This document shows positions 60,343 to 64,000 of a stretch of DNA of 64,000 bases, in pieces. Below the pieces are notes generated by a model. The model searched no databases. It saw only the letters and a list, made by a program, of their open reading frames with translations, and had not been told where the DNA came from. The position numbers were made by a program, and so were the translations under genes. Source of the stretch: a bacterium (GTDB taxonomy: Bacteria; Zhuqueibacterota; Zhuqueibacteria; Oceanimicrobiales; Oceanimicrobiaceae). The stretch lies in contig JBBIIG010000001.1 in the NCBI GenBank assembly GCA_037446635.1, forward strand, positions 213,638 to 277,637, given 5' to 3'. Within the stretch, counting starts at the first letter, position 1; each line of letters starts with the position of its first letter.

Positions 60343-60426
60343 AAAGGGTAGGGGTAATTCATGAATTACCCCTACCCTTTCAGCACCCTTCAGTTAAAGG
60401 AAAAGGGTAATTTGTGAATTACCCTT
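60343..60426. repeat. GTAG-type REP palindrome plus degenerate second copy
   Basis: Perfect 38-bp palindrome at 60343-60380; AAGGGTAATTTGTGAATTACCCTT at 60403-60426. Confidence 0.85.
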
Positions 60427-60536
60427 ACGCCCTCTTTCCGCAGCTTTAAGGCAAAGTATTTATATTTATAGCATGTTATGCCAAATAACCTTCCGTTCTG
60501 CATCCATCAATTTTTAAGACGTGAGGAGGAATGTAG

Positions 60537-62753
60537 GTGAAAATTTTCTCGAATCTCAAAGGCGATTTCATGGGGGGACTCACCACCGCCGTCATCACAC
60601 TGCCCTGGGCGATTGCATTCGGAATTGTGGCGTATGCGCCGCTGGGCGAACAGTACATTGCGCAAGGCGCGCTCGCCGGACTGTATAGCGTGATCGTTTC
60701 CGGACTGCTGGCCAGCGTCCTCGGCGGAACCACCGGACTCATCTCGCTGCCGACCGCACTGCAAGCGGTGATGACAACGTCAATTGTCACCACGATTCTC
60801 AAGAATCCGGAAATCGCCGCGCTCGGGAGCAATCAGGTCACGGTGGTTTTGGTGCTGACGGCCATGGCCATTGCGATGGCAGCGATATTTCAGTTGATCC
60901 TCGGCGCCAGCGGCGGCGGCAAGCTGGTGAAGTTCATCCCCTATCCGGTGATCGCCGGCTTTATGAACGGCATTGCCATCATCATTTTCATGGGACAATT
61001 GCGTCCGCTGTTTGGCGTGGCGAAAGATGCCTCGCTCATCGGCATTTTCACGGGGGCGGTTCCGTTCCGCTACGATACGCTGATCGTTGGCGCGGTCACC
61101 ATCGTCGCGATGCTTACCACGCGCAAATTGACCAAAGCCATTCCCGGCTCGCTGGTCGGTTTGCTGTGCGGCGTGGCGGCGTATTTTGTCATCGGCAAAT
61201 TTTTTAATCCGGCTCTCATGCAAGTCACCAACAACCCGCTGATCATCGGGCCCATTCCCAGCGCGTTTCCAACTCCGAAGCAAGTGGCAGCTTTCTTCAG
61301 CGTGGCGGATGTCATCTCGCCGCGGCTGATCGGCATGTTGGTTGTGCCCGCGCTCACCCTCGGCGTGCTGGCGTCCATCGATACTCTGTTGACCTCCGTA
61401 GTTACCGACATGTTCACTCGCACCAAACACAACAGCGTGAAGGAATTGTTCGCGCAGGGCGCGTCAAATCTTTCCGCGGCGGTGTTTGGTGGATTGCCCG
61501 TCGCCGGTTCCACCCTGCATGCGCTCGTTAACATCAACGCCGGCGGCCGCACCATGCTGGCCGGCATTTTTCACAGCCTGATTGTTTTGTTCATCGTGCT
61601 ATTTCTCGGCAGCCTCGTGCAGTGGATTCCCATGGCGGTGCTGGCGGGCATTCTGCTCATCACCGCCTTCACGATGGTGGAAGCGGAGAGCATCAACCTG
61701 TCGCTGAAAAAATCGGCGCTGGGGAATTTGCTGGTGCTGGTGGCGGTGGCCGCCATCACCGTCGCGGTGGATTTGATGATCGCCGTCGTGGTGGGTCTGG
61801 TCATCACCGCGTTTTTGTTTATCAAAGAGCAGATCAACAAAACCATCATTCGCCGGACGTTCACGGCCAATTTGATTCATTCGAAAAAAATCCGCAATCA
61901 CGACGCCATGAAAATTCTCGAAGAAAAAGGCGAGTCGATCAAAGTGTATGAGCTGAGCGGATCGATTTTCTTCGGCACCTGCGACAAGCTGTTTGCGGAG
62001 ATGGAAAAAGATTTCGACCGCTTCTGCATTATTCTCGATTTCAAACGGGTGCACACCATCGACCTCACCGGTGCGCAACTGCTGAAACAGATCATCGATC
62101 GCGTTAAAGAGAAGGGCAACCACGTGCTGCTCAGCTACCTCGATTTGCCCGGCAATGTCGACAAGCAGCGGCTGCGGCGTTTCATGGCGGACGCCGGCGT
62201 CATCAAAGCCGTGGGCGAGGATTTCATTTTTGCGGACACCGACCACGCGCAGGAATGGGCCGAAGACGCGCTCATCCAAAAAGAGCTGGCGGCGCAGGTT
62301 GAAAAAGCCCAGCTCGATCTTTCCAATTTCAGCGTCTTCGCGGAATTCGACGCGGAGCAATTGGAAACGATCCGCCAGCATTTGCATCCGCTGCATTTCA
62401 ACAAATCCGACATCGTGTTCAAAGAGGGCGACCCCGGCGACAAGATTTATTTCATCCTCTCCGGGGGAGTGAGCGTGCTCGCCAGCGTCTCGGACAACGG
62501 CCGCGCCCGCCGCCTCACCACCTTTGGCGAGGGCGTCTTTTTCGGCGACATGGCCATCCTCGAGGGCAAGCCCCGTTCCGCCACCGTCCGCGCCGACAGC
62601 GACACCGAGCTGCTCTATATGTCCGTGGACGACTTCCAGCACCTCGTGAAAAACGAACCGCTGATTGCCTCGAAGATGCTGATGGGCATGGCCAAAGAAC
62701 TCTCGTACCGCCTGCGGCTGACGAGTATTGAGGTGAGGACGCTGGAGGAGTAG
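60537..62753 (+). CDS. SulP/SLC26 transporter with STAS and cyclic-nucleotide-binding domains
   Basis: PWAIAFG, IPYPVIAGF, STAS (IFFGT, IDLTG), FGDMAILEGKPRSATV; GAGGAGG RBS. Confidence 0.92.
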   Translation: MKIFSNLKGDFMGGLTTAVITLPWAIAFGIVAYAPLGEQYIAQGALAGLYSVIVSGLLASVLGGTTGLISLPTALQAVMTTSIVTTILKNPEIAALGSNQVTVVLVLTAMAIAMAAIFQLILGASGGGKLVKFIPYPVIAGFMNGIAIIIFMGQLRPLFGVAKDASLIGIFTGAVPFRYDTLIVGAVTIVAMLTTRKLTKAIPGSLVGLLCGVAAYFVIGKFFNPALMQVTNNPLIIGPIPSAFPTPKQVAAFFSVADVISPRLIGMLVVPALTLGVLASIDTLLTSVVTDMFTRTKHNSVKELFAQGASNLSAAVFGGLPVAGSTLHALVNINAGGRTMLAGIFHSLIVLFIVLFLGSLVQWIPMAVLAGILLITAFTMVEAESINLSLKKSALGNLLVLVAVAAITVAVDLMIAVVVGLVITAFLFIKEQINKTIIRRTFTANLIHSKKIRNHDAMKILEEKGESIKVYELSGSIFFGTCDKLFAEMEKDFDRFCIILDFKRVHTIDLTGAQLLKQIIDRVKEKGNHVLLSYLDLPGNVDKQRLRRFMADAGVIKAVGEDFIFADTDHAQEWAEDALIQKELAAQVEKAQLDLSNFSVFAEFDAEQLETIRQHLHPLHFNKSDIVFKEGDPGDKIYFILSGGVSVLASVSDNGRARRLTTFGEGVFFGDMAILEGKPRSATVRADSDTELLYMSVDDFQHLVKNEPLIASKMLMGMAKELSYRLRLTSIEVRTLEE

Positions 62754-62939
62754 GATATTCTAAGTTAGACCGTAAAAATTTATCGATTAATTCTACAACT
62801 TAGGAGAGGTACGACTCAGCATGACATCTTCGCTCACACCTGTAAATAGGAGAAGGACTCCTAATAGGGATCCTCCTTTAACCCCCAAGACATCTGGGAA
62901 ACAACATTCGAATTACCTTAAAGCAAAAAGGAGAATACC

Positions 62940-64000
62940 ATGAAATCTAAACAGACACTCTTTGTTTACCTTTATTTTATATTAGTTCCTCAATTTTTCT
63001 TACAGGCGCAAGTACCACGGTTAATATCTTATCAAGGAGTGCTAACAGACGCCTCGGGGAATATCAGACCAGATGGAGATTACGACTTCACGTTTACGCT
63101 TTTCGATGGCAGTACTGGGGGAAATATGCTATGGAGCGAAACTAAGAGCCTATCCATCGAACATGGCTTGTTTAATACTCATTTAGGTGATCAAACAGGC
63201 TTTCCAGTGTCACTGCTCTTCGACAAACAATACTGGTTAAGTATCAAAGTTGGCAATGATCAATTATCGGACCGCATTCCGCTAACTAGTGTCGGATATA
63301 GTTTGAATGCTCTTCGTGCAGATTCAGCACAGGTTGCTAAGGTTGCTCAGACTGTGCCTAACAATGCAGACCTACTGATCCGCACTATAAAAGTAAAGAA
63401 TCAAGATTCTGGACAAGCCGGCTATTTTGAGATTAGCAACCCTTCCAGTCAAGACTATGCTCTAGAAGTTAAAAGTAATGCAGTTGGAGGGGCAGCAGCT
63501 CTTCAAGTTGTTGCGCGGGGTGAAGGTCCGGCTGCGCATTTCTCCAATAATCAAGGAAACGATTTTGACGCTGTAGAGATTCGCACAAACGGCAATGGAG
63601 AAGCACTCTTTGTCTATACGTCAGGGAGTGGAAATGCAATTGAAGCACAAACAGCAGGCGCTGGTTATGCTGGATATTTTAGAGGGAACGTCTATAGCAC
63701 TGGCAGTTATGAAGGTTCAGATATTCGTTGGAAGAAAAATATCTCCACGATGGAAAACGCTATGGGTAAAGTTATGAAACTTCGTGGCATCCAGTTCGAA
63801 TGGAACATCGATGAGTATCCTGATAGGGGTTTCCGTGAAGGAAAGCAGATCGGTCTCATAGCCCAAGAAGTTGAAGAGATTCTCCCCGAGTTGGTTAGAA
63901 AAGATCAGGATGGATACAAAGCAATTGATTATGAAAAAATAACAGCTGTGCTCATCGAGGCTCTCAAAGAGCAACAGCGAGAAATAAAGGAACTAAAGGC
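62940..64000 (+). CDS. Secreted fibre-like protein with S74 chaperone, 3'-truncated; absent from ORF track
   Basis: Own translation: MKSKQTLF...AQVPRLISYQGVL...FDKQYWL...SDIRWKKNI...IGLIAQEV...IDYEK...EALKEQQ; AAGGAG RBS. Confidence 0.88.
   Translation, partial: MKSKQTLFVYLYFILVPQFFLQAQVPRLISYQGVLTDASGNIRPDGDYDFTFTLFDGSTGGNMLWSETKSLSIEHGLFNTHLGDQTGFPVSLLFDKQYWLSIKVGNDQLSDRIPLTSVGYSLNALRADSAQVAKVAQTVPNNADLLIRTIKVKNQDSGQAGYFEISNPSSQDYALEVKSNAVGGAAALQVVARGEGPAAHFSNNQGNDFDAVEIRTNGNGEALFVYTSGSGNAIEAQTAGAGYAGYFRGNVYSTGSYEGSDIRWKKNISTMENAMGKVMKLRGIQFEWNIDEYPDRGFREGKQIGLIAQEVEEILPELVRKDQDGYKAIDYEKITAVLIEALKEQQREIKELK

Noticed and set aside
62821..62943. 40-codon ORF overlapping the fibre gene start (ATGA)
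   Set aside because: The RBS is distant, the composition is unprotein-like, and the fibre gene has its own RBS; probably chance.

Overview
This is a chromosomal, phage-free window from a diderm bacterium. The NYPNPFNP-type secretion C-terminal domains, short SigA-family sigma factor and Bacteroidetes-type sdhCAB point to an FCB-related lineage such as KSB1, Calditrichota or Ignavibacteria (inference). Contents in order: partial Xaa-Pro aminopeptidase, sdhCAB, AAA+ ATPase, priA, sigma-70 factor, a two-component pair, an Fe3+-type ABC transporter, SulP, two GH13 enzymes, an Omp85 protein, secreted CTD and S74 fibre proteins, peptidases, a heme operon (hemA-C-D-E-N-H-Y-B-[PIN/TA]-L), a divergent porin/FMN-binding/cytochrome c-FTR1 iron-uptake operon, a second SulP and a partial second S74 fibre gene. 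The main finding is a candidate heme-homeostasis circuit. A HemX/CcsA-like membrane protein gene is followed not by hemA but by a catalytically dead HemA homologue fused to an intact sigma-54 activator (57429-59402). The true hemA operon has a sigma-54-type promoter and an upstream palindrome that recurs at the regulator operon's own promoter. Fur-like boxes sit at both ends of the hem/iron divergent region. Secondary observations: GC-rich in-frame micro-insertions in conserved genes, a fused degenerate toxin-antitoxin remnant inside sdh, a duplicated hemB 3' end flanking an AT-rich PIN gene, and several dispersed palindromic repeat families. All assignments come from motif recognition by eye; no database searches were run.
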